64,000 nt of DNA from contig JAWUWW010000055.1 of NCBI GenBank assembly GCA_034111645.1, positions 1,641-65,640 of the forward strand, read 5' to 3'. Source of the DNA: Cellvibrionaceae bacterium (GTDB taxonomy: Bacteria; Pseudomonadota; Gammaproteobacteria; Pseudomonadales; Cellvibrionaceae). How positions within the stretch are numbered: position 1 is the first letter of the stretch; the number at the start of each line of letters is the position of its first letter. The position numbers and the translations under genes were made by a program. This document shows, piece by piece, positions 50,515-60,974 of this stretch. The notes under the pieces were generated by a model, which worked only from the letters and a program-made list of their open reading frames with translations, was not told the origin of the DNA and ran no database searches.

Positions 50515-50893
50515 CTTCTTATAACCCTATTTTTACCTTATTTAAAATACTTACATTATGAGCTTGTATAACCAAGTTACGTCTTTACTTAGACACTCAC
50601 TGCATAACCATAAATTTGAATATTATGGTCTGAAACTTGAAAAATCGCCTTTCTTAATTGTGGTGAAAACCTTTGTTCTGATGTCTCTTATATGGCTTTA
50701 ACATAGAAATAGTTCAAACATTAATTAATAATTAGTTCGCAATTTTTACTGACAGCTTGAGCCGCACACTATAACATCCGCATGCTTATGCTGAAATGTA
50801 AATCCTTGCACAACAAGCTATTTATAAACAAATTTTCTGAATAACTCCAAAGTAATCACTTTAACCAAATATAACTGAACAGAGACTGAACAT

Positions 50894-51850
50894 ATGTTTG
50901 ACATACTTCTTCCATGGATAGCCATACTTATTGGCTTTACGGGTCTCATTTGGAGTGCTGATAAATTTGTTGAGGGCAGTGCAAGCATTGCGAGTCGCTT
51001 TGGTATCTCAAAATTAATTATTGGCTTGACCGTTGTTGCTTTTGGTACCTCTGCTCCTGAAGTCGTTGTGTCAATAAGTTCTTCTTTAAGAAATGCAGGA
51101 GATCTAGCCATCGGCAATGCTATTGGCTCTAACCTTGCCAACATTGGCTTAGTTCTTGGTATTACTGCGCTTATTGCGCCACTACCCATCAAGACACATA
51201 TACTTAAACAAGAATTCGTCATTATGTTGGGCGTCTTTTGTTTAGCAGGATTTTTTCTATTTGATAGCAGACTCTCTTTATTAGAGGGCATCATTCTTGT
51301 CAGCATGATGATACCTTTATTGCTATGGATTGCTTATTCAAAAAAACAACATCCAGAAGACGGAGAGGAGCTTCCTGAAATAACATCCATGAAAGCAGGA
51401 ATCCTGTGGTTTATATTTGGCCTTAGTTTACTCATAGCAAGTGCAGAGATATTAGTTTGGGGCGCAAAAACGGTCGCACTTGAATTTGGTGTCAGTCCAC
51501 TTATCATAGGACTAACGGTGGTTGCTGTGGGCACCAGCTTGCCAGAACTGGCAGCGTCTGTGATGAGCGCACTTAAAGGTCATCATGATATTGCTATCGG
51601 CAATGTTATTGGCTCAAATATATTTAATCTTTTATTGGTCATGGGAATAGCGCCTATTATCAACCCTATATCAATGGAGGCAGAAGTATTTAGTAGAGAC
51701 TTTGCCGCTATGAGTATTATCGCTTTATTCTTAGGCGGCGCCATGCTGTTTAGTTACTTAAAAAGTAAAGGCAATAGTCAATTAGGGCGACTAACTGGCA
51801 TTGGTTTGTTAATATTGTATCTGGCTTATTACACTTTATTATTTAAATGA
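50894..51850 (+). CDS. yrbG: Ca2+/Na+ antiporter (CaCA family, YrbG)
   Basis: Two alpha-repeats (GLTVVAFGTSAPE and GLTVVAVGTSLPEL). It has the conserved position upstream of kdsD with an ATGA overlap. Confidence 0.85.
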   Translation: MFDILLPWIAILIGFTGLIWSADKFVEGSASIASRFGISKLIIGLTVVAFGTSAPEVVVSISSSLRNAGDLAIGNAIGSNLANIGLVLGITALIAPLPIKTHILKQEFVIMLGVFCLAGFFLFDSRLSLLEGIILVSMMIPLLLWIAYSKKQHPEDGEELPEITSMKAGILWFIFGLSLLIASAEILVWGAKTVALEFGVSPLIIGLTVVAVGTSLPELAASVMSALKGHHDIAIGNVIGSNIFNLLLVMGIAPIINPISMEAEVFSRDFAAMSIIALFLGGAMLFSYLKSKGNSQLGRLTGIGLLILYLAYYTLLFK

Positions 51851-52872
51851 CGGCTATCTTCATGACACCAGCAGCGCCATCTGAGCAAAAGGGCTTGATC
51901 ACAAGCAATGAAACCTTCATAAAGGCAGGCAAGCGCACTATTGCATTAGAAATTGCGGCTATCAAAGCTCTCGGTGATCGTATTGATGAAAATTTTGTCA
52001 AAGCTTGCCGTATTATTTTGGAGTGCAAAGGACGCACTATTGTCACAGGAATGGGGAAGTCGGGCCATATTGGCAAAAAAATAGCCGCAACCCTAGCAAG
52101 CACAGGATCACCATCATTTTTTGTGCACCCTGGTGAGGCTAGCCACGGTGATCTTGGAATGATTACTGCCAACGATGTTGTTATTGCCATTTCTAACTCG
52201 GGAAGTTCAGCCGAAGTCGTGGCTTTGTTACCGACTATTAAACGACTCGGCATACCATTGATTAGCATGACAGGACAACACCGTTCTCCTTTAGCACTGC
52301 AAGCTGACACAAATTTAGATGTCAGCGTCGAAAGTGAAGCCTGTCCCTTAGATTTAGCGCCAACATCAAGCACAACTGTCACACTAGTGATGGGGGATGC
52401 CTTGGCCGTTGCCCTCTTAGAGGCGCGAGGATTTACACCAGAGGATTTTGCTTTTTCACATCCCGGCGGCGCATTAGGCCGACGCTTAATATTGAAAGTT
52501 GGCGACATTATGCATGGCGGCGATGATCTACCTTCCGTGCGAGATAATACATTGTTACCCCAAACATTAATCGAAATGACACAGAAAGGCTTAGGTATTA
52601 CGACCGTTATTGATAGCGACAATAAATTAACTGGCGTCTTCACCGATGGAGATTTACGACGCGCTATTGATAAAAATATCGACATTAACCACGCGCTCAT
52701 TAAAGATGTAATGTCTGCAAATCCAACAACTATAAGTCCAAATATGTTGGCTGTTGAAGCCGTCGGCTTAATGGAGCGACAATCGATTACCGCATTAATT
52801 GTTGCTAATGAGCAACAGCAGCCGATTGGTGTCATACATATGCATGATATTTTACGCGCGGGTATTTTATAA
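51847..52872 (+). CDS. kdsD: Arabinose-5-phosphate isomerase KdsD
   Basis: SIS domain (VTGMGKSGHIGKKIAATLASTGSPSFFVHPGEASHGDLGM) plus a C-terminal CBS pair. Confidence 0.93.
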   Translation: MTAIFMTPAAPSEQKGLITSNETFIKAGKRTIALEIAAIKALGDRIDENFVKACRIILECKGRTIVTGMGKSGHIGKKIAATLASTGSPSFFVHPGEASHGDLGMITANDVVIAISNSGSSAEVVALLPTIKRLGIPLISMTGQHRSPLALQADTNLDVSVESEACPLDLAPTSSTTVTLVMGDALAVALLEARGFTPEDFAFSHPGGALGRRLILKVGDIMHGGDDLPSVRDNTLLPQTLIEMTQKGLGITTVIDSDNKLTGVFTDGDLRRAIDKNIDINHALIKDVMSANPTTISPNMLAVEAVGLMERQSITALIVANEQQQPIGVIHMHDILRAGIL

Positions 52873-52990
52873 AATAGTCATCGTTTCTGTTGGTCGATCA
52901 TAAACAATCTATCGACTATTGAAAATCTTAAACGACAATAAAAATGCTTGCCACTAAACCTATTCATAATCTTGATAAAAAAGTAACGCG

Positions 52991-53530
52991 ATGAAACTCT
53001 CAGAAATTAATTCTTCCATTATAGATCGCGCTCGTAAGATTAAATTATTGGTGCTTGATGTCGATGGCGTACTTACTAGCGGCCAACTTTTTTTTACCAA
53101 CTCAGGTGAAGAGATAAAAGCATTTAACTCGCTCGATGGTCACGGTATTAAAATGCTCCAAAACAGTGGTGTAAAAGTCGCTATTATCACCGGTAGAACT
53201 AGCCATATCGTCGAAAAAAGAGCGGCTTCTCTTGGTATTAATATACTTATACAAGGTCGAGAAGATAAGCTAGCCGCACTCCAAGAAATTAGACAAGAGT
53301 ACTCTTATGAAACAGAGGAGATTGCTCATATGGGCGATGACCATCCTGACTTACCGTTAATTAAAGCTTTAGGGCTTGGAATGAGTGTCGATAGTGCGCA
53401 TTGGTTAGTCAAACAACATGCTCATTGGATAAGCCAATTTAAAGGTGGTGAAGGTGCTGTAAGAGAAGCCTGTGATCTAATTATGATGGCGCAAGGCACC
53501 TATGATGACTCAATTAAATCTTATCTATAG
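52991..53530 (+). CDS. kdsC: 3-deoxy-D-manno-octulosonate 8-phosphate phosphatase KdsC
   Basis: HAD motifs LVLDVDGVLT, DGHGIK and MGDD..D are present. It lies between kdsD and lptC. Confidence 0.9.
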   Translation: MKLSEINSSIIDRARKIKLLVLDVDGVLTSGQLFFTNSGEEIKAFNSLDGHGIKMLQNSGVKVAIITGRTSHIVEKRAASLGINILIQGREDKLAALQEIRQEYSYETEEIAHMGDDHPDLPLIKALGLGMSVDSAHWLVKQHAHWISQFKGGEGAVREACDLIMMAQGTYDDSIKSYL

Positions 53531-53584
53531 ATATTATTTATATTACTGACATAAAAAACTATTTATAAAGAATCATTCTTAAAA

Positions 53585-54238
53585 ATGAAGCACTCTAAAA
53601 AATTAATACTCACTATACTGTTTATCTTAGCGGCATTAGTAGTATTGTGGATGACATCTTCTAAAGATATTCAAGATACGTTTAACGATATTCTTAACGA
53701 ACAACCCGCATTGGCTCTCTACCCTATTAGCTATCTCAACAATACACAAACACAACAATATAATGAGCAAGGTTTATTAAGCTACACCTTAAATGCCAAA
53801 ATAATTCGTCAATTTGAAGTCGTTGACGTTTCAACTCCTGACTTAATTATCAATCAACCTTATCTAACAATTTACGGGATTGATAGTGACAAGACCGGTG
53901 CCAATAACAATCCAACACCTGAAAAAACACCTACTGTCAACTCTAACGCCTCCTTATCAACTGTGTCTGCTGATTTGGCAGAAGGCTTCGATAGCAACGA
54001 AAAACTAACTCTTAAGGGAAATGTTATTGTTATACAAACTCTTGCCAACGGTGAAACAAGCCAGCTACAGACATCTATTCTTTATTTGGAACCAAGTCGC
54101 CGTTACGCTCAAACTGACAAACCTGTTATTATCACCGATGCTAGAGGCATAATTAATGCGACTGGAATGAAATTATTCTTTGATGAGCAACGTATTGAGC
54201 TACTTTCTTCAGTAGTGAGTCGTTATTCCTCGCGTTAG
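53585..54238 (+). CDS. lptC: LPS export system protein LptC
   Basis: Single N-terminal TM anchor and an OstA-like beta-jellyroll body. It has the conserved position between kdsC and lptA and contains a low-complexity insertion (GANNNPTPEKTPTVNSN). Confidence 0.75.
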   Translation: MKHSKKLILTILFILAALVVLWMTSSKDIQDTFNDILNEQPALALYPISYLNNTQTQQYNEQGLLSYTLNAKIIRQFEVVDVSTPDLIINQPYLTIYGIDSDKTGANNNPTPEKTPTVNSNASLSTVSADLAEGFDSNEKLTLKGNVIVIQTLANGETSQLQTSILYLEPSRRYAQTDKPVIITDARGIINATGMKLFFDEQRIELLSSVVSRYSSR

Positions 54239-54432
54239 GGCCTGCATTATAAATTTAACAATGAATATTGGAGTCTTTAAAAGAATAATTTTTACACGAT
54301 AGCAAGAAAGTGTTTCTCGGAGCAACGGAGTCCACCAAGAGTAGACCAGCGTTCGAATTTAATGCTGACGTGATTATCGTTTTAAAGTTTCATTTATAGA
54401 CTGGCATTAAAGGATCAAAAGAGTATTTATCA

Positions 54433-55002
54433 ATGATGACCCACTTAATACACATTGCTACTCCATCATTAACTAGACTGTTATTTATGAGTCTATTAAT
54501 GTTATTTAGTAGTTTAGCGCTTGCTTTACCCGATGACGCTAATCAACCAATCTCGATCGTTGCAGATTCTGCGATAAAAGATGATAAATTAGGGTTAACA
54601 ATTTATGAAGGTAATGTCTCTATTACACAAGGTTCATTGAATATACTAGCTGACAAAGTAATGATTTTTATCGTAGCGGAAACAGTTTCAAAAATGGTAG
54701 CACTCGGCACGCCTGCCAGCTTTAAACAACAGCCAAATATTGATGAAAAAGATGTGATTGCAAAAGCAAACACTATTGATTATTTTATTGTTGACAAAAA
54801 AATTACACTGACCGAAAACGCATCACTAAATCAAGATGGCTCCATTCTTACCGGGCAAGTGATTAATTATGACCTCAATGGAGCAAAAGCACAGGCTGAG
54901 GGTGGAGTACAAGTGGTAATGCAGCCCGCTAAAACTAGCACCGTTAAAACAGACCCTATTAAAAATGACGTCATTGATGGCACGAAAAAAGGCGATCAAT
55001 AA
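54433..55002 (+). CDS. lptA: LPS transport periplasmic protein LptA
   Basis: Signal peptide (SSLALA|LPDD) and OstA N-domain pattern (PISIVADS...[18 protein letters not shown]). Confidence 0.8.
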   Translation: MMTHLIHIATPSLTRLLFMSLLMLFSSLALALPDDANQPISIVADSAIKDDKLGLTIYEGNVSITQGSLNILADKVMIFIVAETVSKMVALGTPASFKQQPNIDEKDVIAKANTIDYFIVDKKITLTENASLNQDGSILTGQVINYDLNGAKAQAEGGVQVVMQPAKTSTVKTDPIKNDVIDGTKKGDQ

Positions 55003-55006
55003 AACC

Positions 55007-55732
55007 ATGTCCGTTCTAACTGCTAGTCATCTTGCAAAAAGTTATAACAAAAGACCCGTTGTCATTGATGTTTCGATATCCGTTAACAGCGGGCAAATTG
55101 TTGGCCTTCTTGGTCCTAATGGTGCTGGTAAAACGACTTGTTTTTATATGATTGCCGGGCTTGTTAATGCCGACAAGGGCAATGTCACTATCGATAAACG
55201 CGACATCACCTCGCTACCTATACATGGTAGAGCAAGAGCCGGCATTGGCTATTTACCTCAAGAGGCATCGGTTTTCCGTAAACTCACCGTCGCCAATAAT
55301 ATTTTAGCTATTTTAGAGACAAGAAAATCATTGTCTCGAAAGCAACGTCTCAAGAAGCTTGAATCTCTTTTACAAGAGTTTCATATCACCCATATTCGTA
55401 ACTCTCTGGGTATGTCCCTTTCTGGCGGTGAGCGTAGACGCGTTGAAATTGCTCGAGCACTCGCAACAGAACCTACTTTTATCCTTTTAGACGAGCCCTT
55501 TGCGGGTGTTGATCCGATATCTGTTAATGATATTAAGCAAATCATTACCCATTTAAAAAACAGGGGTATTGGCGTCTTAATTACTGACCATAATGTACGC
55601 GAAACTCTCACCATTTGTGAAGTCGCCTATATTGTGAGCGAGGGACATATTATTGCCCATGGCGACTCCGAGGAGATTTTAGCGAATCAGGTGGTTCGAG
55701 ACGTCTACCTTGGCCAACAATTTAGACTCTAA
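55007..55732 (+). CDS. lptB: LPS export ABC transporter ATP-binding protein LptB
   Basis: Walker [10 protein letters not shown], signature [15 protein letters not shown] and Walker [13 protein letters not shown] prefer the ATG at 55007 ([13 protein letters not shown]), just after the lptA stop, over the ORF-track start at 54965. Confidence 0.95.
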   Translation: MSVLTASHLAKSYNKRPVVIDVSISVNSGQIVGLLGPNGAGKTTCFYMIAGLVNADKGNVTIDKRDITSLPIHGRARAGIGYLPQEASVFRKLTVANNILAILETRKSLSRKQRLKKLESLLQEFHITHIRNSLGMSLSGGERRRVEIARALATEPTFILLDEPFAGVDPISVNDIKQIITHLKNRGIGVLITDHNVRETLTICEVAYIVSEGHIIAHGDSEEILANQVVRDVYLGQQFRL

Positions 55733-55969
55733 TCGAGTCAACTTTGAATTCGCTTTAATTAACTGAAGTTATTTTTTAATCATTAGCCCCCTGCATTTTT
55801 TGTCATAACTATAGTTAACAACACTATACCTACATCGCCCGTGCAGCCAAGCTATACTAAAGTCGAATGAATAATCTTTTTAGGCATAAATTTTGCTTAA
55901 TTGCCTTGCACCTATGGCTCCTCGTGACTAGAATTAGAGTCCGTGGTTAGCCAATAAAAGTAGGATTTA

Positions 55970-57535
55970 ATGAAGCAATCATTACAACTGAGAATGGGCC
56001 AAAGCCTTACGATGACCCCCCAATTGCAGCAAGCTATTCGGTTGCTGCAGCTCTCTACTCTTGATTTACAAAATGAAATTCAAGAGGCCCTCGACTCAAA
56101 TCCTATGCTTGAAGTCGGTGATGAAACGACCGATAAAAATGGCAACACAATCGAAGATGCTGTTACCTTTGAAAATAGCCAAAGTACTAGCGCTAGCAAT
56201 TCTGACGCAACTAACAATAGTGATAGTGAATCAAATAGCTCATCTACAAACGACAATAATGACTCATCAATGGAGTCAAGCTCACAGCCTGACGATATGG
56301 CTAGCAACGATGAGTGGAGCCAGGAAATACCTGAAGACTTACCTGTAGATACTAGTTGGGACGACGTCTACCAAAGCTCCGCACCCATTGGACCATCGAG
56401 CAATGAGGAGGATGAAAATAATTTTGAAAGTCGTCGAGGCAACACAGAAACTCTGCAAGATCACCTTCTATGGCAGCTGAACCTAACTCCATTTTCTAAT
56501 CGAGATCGTCTTATCGCCATGACGATTATTGATGATATTGAACCTAGCGGTTTATTATCCTCACCCATAGAAGAAATATATGAAAGTTTAATAGATCAAC
56601 TCGATGAAATTGAACTCGATGAGGTCGAAGCGGTATTGCATCGCTTACAGCAGTTTGATCCTCCTGGTGTTGGCGGACAAAATTTAGGTGATTGTCTGCA
56701 TATACAATTGAATCAGCTATCCCCAGAGACAGAATATTTAGCCATCGCGAAATCTATTGTTAAAGAGCATATCCTTTTGTTGGGCAGCAAAGATTATAAA
56801 ACCCTCATGCGTAAACTAAGGATTAGCGAAGCTGAGCTCAGCTCAGCGATTCAACTGATACAGACGATGAATCCAAGACCAGGGGACGATCTCGAGGCAG
56901 ACACAACTGAATATATTGTGCCTGATGTATTTGTTAAGAAACTTATGAATCGTTGGGTAGTAGAGCTTAATCCAGATATAGCGCCTAAACTGCGTATCAA
57001 TTCTGACTATGCATCAATGGTAAAACGTGCAGATAATAGCAGCGATAACACCTATCTCAAGAACAATTTGCAAGAAGCGCGTTGGTTTTTGAAAAGCCTA
57101 CAAAGTCGGAATGAAACTCTGCTTAAGGTTGGCAGCGCGATTGTTGATAAACAACAAGGGTTTCTCGATTTTGGAGAAGAGGCAATGAAGCCTCTAGTGC
57201 TACATGATATCGCTGAAGTTGTAGAAATGCATGAGTCAACTATATCTCGTGTGACCACCAATAAATATATGCATACCCCACAAGGTATCTTCGAACTTAA
57301 ATACTTTTTTTCAAGCCATGTTAGTACTGATGGTGGTGGAGAGTGCTCATCTACAGCTATTCGGGCTATTATCAAAAAACTTATCGCATCAGAAAATACG
57401 CGAAAACCCTTGAGTGATAGTAAGATTACGGCTGTACTAGCTGACCAAGGTATTCAAGTTGCCCGCAGAACTATTGCCAAATACAGAGAGGTGATGAATG
57501 TTCCTCCCTCAAACGAGCGCAAACAACTAATCTAA
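55970..57535 (+). CDS. rpoN: RNA polymerase sigma-54 factor RpoN
   Basis: Region I ([29 protein letters not shown]), a long acidic/Ser-Asn-rich region II, a core-binding region, an HTH and the RpoN box [10 protein letters not shown]. Confidence 0.96.
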   Translation: MKQSLQLRMGQSLTMTPQLQQAIRLLQLSTLDLQNEIQEALDSNPMLEVGDETTDKNGNTIEDAVTFENSQSTSASNSDATNNSDSESNSSSTNDNNDSSMESSSQPDDMASNDEWSQEIPEDLPVDTSWDDVYQSSAPIGPSSNEEDENNFESRRGNTETLQDHLLWQLNLTPFSNRDRLIAMTIIDDIEPSGLLSSPIEEIYESLIDQLDEIELDEVEAVLHRLQQFDPPGVGGQNLGDCLHIQLNQLSPETEYLAIAKSIVKEHILLLGSKDYKTLMRKLRISEAELSSAIQLIQTMNPRPGDDLEADTTEYIVPDVFVKKLMNRWVVELNPDIAPKLRINSDYASMVKRADNSSDNTYLKNNLQEARWFLKSLQSRNETLLKVGSAIVDKQQGFLDFGEEAMKPLVLHDIAEVVEMHESTISRVTTNKYMHTPQGIFELKYFFSSHVSTDGGGECSSTAIRAIIKKLIASENTRKPLSDSKITAVLADQGIQVARRTIAKYREVMNVPPSNERKQLI

Positions 57536-57701
57536 AATTAGCAACAAAGTCTTAATACGAACTAACCAATAGTGAATAAAAGTCGCTGACAGATGTTAAG
57601 GCCACTTAAATAAAGTAAACTATATGTCTAACCTATCTTGTTAACTATTTTGTAAAGCCAACAAGATACTTTTATTGATTCCTACCTGATCTTAATATTT
57701 T

Positions 57702-58148
57702 ATGAACATAAAATCACTGCTGTCTCTAGATTGCGTGCTTTTTCAGCATGAATGTGCAAGTAAAAAGCGTCTCCTTGAAACTATCGCATCACATATATGT
57801 GATCGCCACCCTGATCTCGATCCCGGCAATGTACTTAGTGCTCTGATCGCAAGAGAAAGATTAGGGTCAACAGGACTAGGCAAAGGTATCGCTATACCTC
57901 ATTGTCGCATCGCAGATTGTAAAGATACAATTGGCGTATTGGTTACACTTGCTACACCGATAGATTTTAATGCTATTGATAACGAACCTGTTGATATTAT
58001 TTTTGTGCTAGTGGTGCCTGAAGACGGTGATCAGGATCATTTAAAAACACTTGCAACACTTGCAGAAACTTTCTCGAATGAAACAAGTCTTCAAAAAATT
58101 CGTAAATCTAAGGATGCTCAAGAATTATATAATATTGTCACAGCTTGA
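57702..58148 (+). CDS. ptsN: Nitrogen-related PTS IIA protein PtsN (EIIA-Ntr)
   Basis: PTS_EIIA_2 fold with the phosphorylatable His in GKGIAIPHCR. It lies downstream of rpoN. Confidence 0.88.
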   Translation: MNIKSLLSLDCVLFQHECASKKRLLETIASHICDRHPDLDPGNVLSALIARERLGSTGLGKGIAIPHCRIADCKDTIGVLVTLATPIDFNAIDNEPVDIIFVLVVPEDGDQDHLKTLATLAETFSNETSLQKIRKSKDAQELYNIVTA

Positions 58149-58270
58149 TGGCACAAGATCATAGAATTAAGAAACTCTTAAGCCGAGCATTTTACGCACC
58201 TAAATATTCATGTCATACATCAATACTATAATGTGACTACTTTAAATAACCAATTCAGGAGGAAAGAACT

Positions 58271-59122
58271 ATGCGCCTAATCATTATCAGTGGTAGTTCT
58301 GGCTCAGGAAAAAGTACAGCTCTTCATGTTTTAGAGGATATGGGTTTTATTTGTATAGACAATTTGCCTGCGAGCCTACTTCCAGATTTAGTCAAACGCA
58401 TCAACCAAAATGATGAAAAACAATATGCTGTTAGTATTGATGCCCGCAATTCTGCGGAAGATATCGGAAGCCTTCCTGTTTTAATTCAAAGTGCTGATAT
58501 TGCAGCTCTTAAATATCGTGTGGTATTTCTTGATGCAGACGATAGTGTGCTTTTAAGACGTTTTAGTGAAACTCGTAGACGTCATCCACTGAGCAATCAA
58601 GATACAAATCTGCAAGCGGCAATTACTAAAGAGAAAAAATTACTCAAACCTATTATTGATATCGCTGACATCAATATAGATACTAGCGATATGGGTTTTC
58701 ATGATCTACGTGATCTTGTTAAGCGCAATATAATTGCATTCAACAAATCTAATATCAGTATCTTGTTTCAATCTTTTGGTTTTAAATTTGGCTTGCCAAG
58801 AGATGCTGACTTAGTGTTTGATGTAAGAAATCTGCCTAATCCTCACTGGGATATAAGTTTAAGAGCACAAACAGGCAATGATGAAGGCGTCATACAATTT
58901 TTAGAGAAAGAACCTGATGTAATAGATATGTTTGATGATATTCGACAATTTTTAGAACGTTGGCTACCTTCTTACGATGCAAACAATAGAAGTTATATGA
59001 CAATTTGTATTGGCTGTACAGGCGGACAGCATCGCTCAGTTTATTTATGCAACCAGCTCACCAAGCACTTCAAAAAAACACTCGAGGATGTTCAGTGTAA
59101 TCATCGCGAATTAAATTTATGA
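58271..59122 (+). CDS. rapZ: RNase adapter protein RapZ (YhbJ)
   Basis: MRLIIISGSSGSGKSTAL Walker A plus the motifs LRRFSETRRRHPL and CTGGQHRSV. AGGAGG SD. Confidence 0.93.
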   Translation: MRLIIISGSSGSGKSTALHVLEDMGFICIDNLPASLLPDLVKRINQNDEKQYAVSIDARNSAEDIGSLPVLIQSADIAALKYRVVFLDADDSVLLRRFSETRRRHPLSNQDTNLQAAITKEKKLLKPIIDIADINIDTSDMGFHDLRDLVKRNIIAFNKSNISILFQSFGFKFGLPRDADLVFDVRNLPNPHWDISLRAQTGNDEGVIQFLEKEPDVIDMFDDIRQFLERWLPSYDANNRSYMTICIGCTGGQHRSVYLCNQLTKHFKKTLEDVQCNHRELNL

Positions 59123-59388
59123 TTACTCAGCAACTCACTATCATTAACAAGTTAGGTTTGCACGCTAGAGCAGCTGCAAAGTTAGCAACGCTAACAAATA
59201 CATTTAACTGTAATATTGAAGTGACTGCTAATAATAAAAGTGTTGATGGTAAGAGCGTGATGGCGTTAATGTTATTAGCTGCAGCAAAAGAAACTGCAAT
59301 CACCATTGAATGCTCAGGAGCAGATGAAACTATCGCCATGGAAAAAATTTGTACGCTGATTAATAATTATTTTGATGAGGGAGAGTAA
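59119..59388 (+). CDS. ptsO: HPr-like phosphocarrier NPr (PtsO)
   Basis: 89 aa with the active-site His in NKLGLHARAAAKL. It has an ATGA overlap with rapZ. Confidence 0.88.
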   Translation: MITQQLTIINKLGLHARAAAKLATLTNTFNCNIEVTANNKSVDGKSVMALMLLAAAKETAITIECSGADETIAMEKICTLINNYFDEGE

Positions 59389-59615
59389 CAAGTCATCGGA
59401 AAAAACTCAACGATGAGAATTATTTCTTAAAAAATATGATCCTAAACTTAGACAAAACATGCTTATGAATAAGTGTTCATAGGGATGTAATCAAGCAACA
59501 TCATGATAATTAGCTAATTGAAATATTTTGATCTGTTAGTTCGGATAGATCGATATCAGATCAAACATTTTTATCGTAAAGATGTTGTTAAAAATATTTA
59601 ACAAAAGAGCGTTAT

Positions 59616-60974
59616 ATGCAATCTAGCACAAACGAAGAACTAGATAAGAATCAGATAAATCTTTCTAAGCTATCTGAGATCCAAGAAAATAATGGTGAGT
59701 TGCGTATTGCAAGACGTATGCTCAGTGGCTTGACGTCTGTAGAAATTGCCAACTTAATTAACTCGTCGCCACCAAAAAATCGACGCTATCTATGGGAAAT
59801 TATTGATCGAGAATCTCATGCAGATATTCTTCGAGAGCTACCTGAAGAAGTTGCTGCTCAGTTTGTCGAAACAATGGACAGCGCCCAAGTTGCAGAGCTA
59901 ACAGAAATTCTTGACGTTGATGATGCAGCTGATATTTTGCAACATCTTCCAGAACAGGTTATGCAACAAGCTCTAGCTGCTATGAGTGCTCAAAACAGAG
60001 CACGGCTAGAAATTATTCTCTCTTATGAAGAGGATACTGCTGGCGGTTTAATGGATACGGACGTTATTACCATTCGTCCACGCTTTACATTAGATGTTGT
60101 TATGCGTTATTTGCGTCGTCATGAAGAAATTCCTCCCTCTACCGATCAGCTTATTGTAGTCAATAGCGATAATGTTTACTTAGGTATGCTGTCAATGAGT
60201 AAACTTCTAACAACTGATCCCAATGTTAGTGTTCGAGAAATTATGCGAACCGATGTTGAAGCGATTCCTGTAGACATGGATGAGAATAAAGTTGCGCAAC
60301 TCTTCGAACAAAACAACTGGATCTTAGCTCCCGTAGTTAATGCCCAAGGTCAAGTCGTTGGACGTATTACTATCGATGATGTTGTCGATGTTATTATTGA
60401 AAATGCAGAATATTCATCAGTGGGCATATCGGGTGATGAAGATACCTTTGCACCTACGATGAAAACCACACCAAGACGCGCTATTTGGTTAGGCATTAAT
60501 TTAGTCACTGCTATTTTAGCTTCATCTGTCATTAATATTTTTCAAGACACTATCGAAAAAGTCGTCGCACTTGCGGTTCTTATGCCTATTGTAGCAAGCA
60601 TGGGAGGTGTTGCAGGCAGTCAAACATTGACCGTAGTAGTACGCGGCATGGCGCTGGGAAAAATAGGCGCAGCTAACAGGAAATGGTTGTTGTTTAGGGA
60701 GATTTCCTCCGGTCTTATCAATGGTCTTTTGTGGGCTGTGACTCTGGGCGTATTAACCGCTTGGTGGTTTAATGATTATAAAATAGCACTTATTATTGCT
60801 ATCGCTATAATAATTAATTTACTTGTGGCTGCAATTGGCGGCACACTTCTGCCTTCATTACTTAAGCGCATGGGTATTGATCCTGCATTAGCCGGAGGTG
60901 TAGCGCTGACTACAATAACTGACGTTGTCGGATTTATGTCGTTTTTAGGTCTCGCGACACTTTTTTATCGCTAA
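59616..60974 (+). CDS. mgtE: Magnesium transporter MgtE
   Basis: MgtE N domain, a CBS pair and a five-TM MgtE channel domain (PIVASMGGVAGSQ..., TITDVVGF). Confidence 0.93.
   Translation: MQSSTNEELDKNQINLSKLSEIQENNGELRIARRMLSGLTSVEIANLINSSPPKNRRYLWEIIDRESHADILRELPEEVAAQFVETMDSAQVAELTEILDVDDAADILQHLPEQVMQQALAAMSAQNRARLEIILSYEEDTAGGLMDTDVITIRPRFTLDVVMRYLRRHEEIPPSTDQLIVVNSDNVYLGMLSMSKLLTTDPNVSVREIMRTDVEAIPVDMDENKVAQLFEQNNWILAPVVNAQGQVVGRITIDDVVDVIIENAEYSSVGISGDEDTFAPTMKTTPRRAIWLGINLVTAILASSVINIFQDTIEKVVALAVLMPIVASMGGVAGSQTLTVVVRGMALGKIGAANRKWLLFREISSGLINGLLWAVTLGVLTAWWFNDYKIALIIAIAIIINLLVAAIGGTLLPSLLKRMGIDPALAGGVALTTITDVVGFMSFLGLATLFYR

Noticed and set aside
50818-51306. 162-aa minus-strand ORF
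   Set aside because: It is antisense to the N-terminal half of the clearly real yrbG antiporter gene and has no family resemblance.
51843-52835. 330-aa ORF on the minus strand
   Set aside because: It lies entirely antisense to kdsD, whose SIS and CBS motifs are unambiguous. The product is low-complexity with no recognisable family, so it is a shadow ORF. Its length in an AT-rich genome is mildly surprising, but I have no evidence that it is expressed.
54340-54375. GTTCGAAT motif suggesting a tRNA T-loop in the lptC-lptA spacer
   Set aside because: There is no flanking T-stem, acceptor stem or anticodon arm complementarity, so it is not a tRNA.
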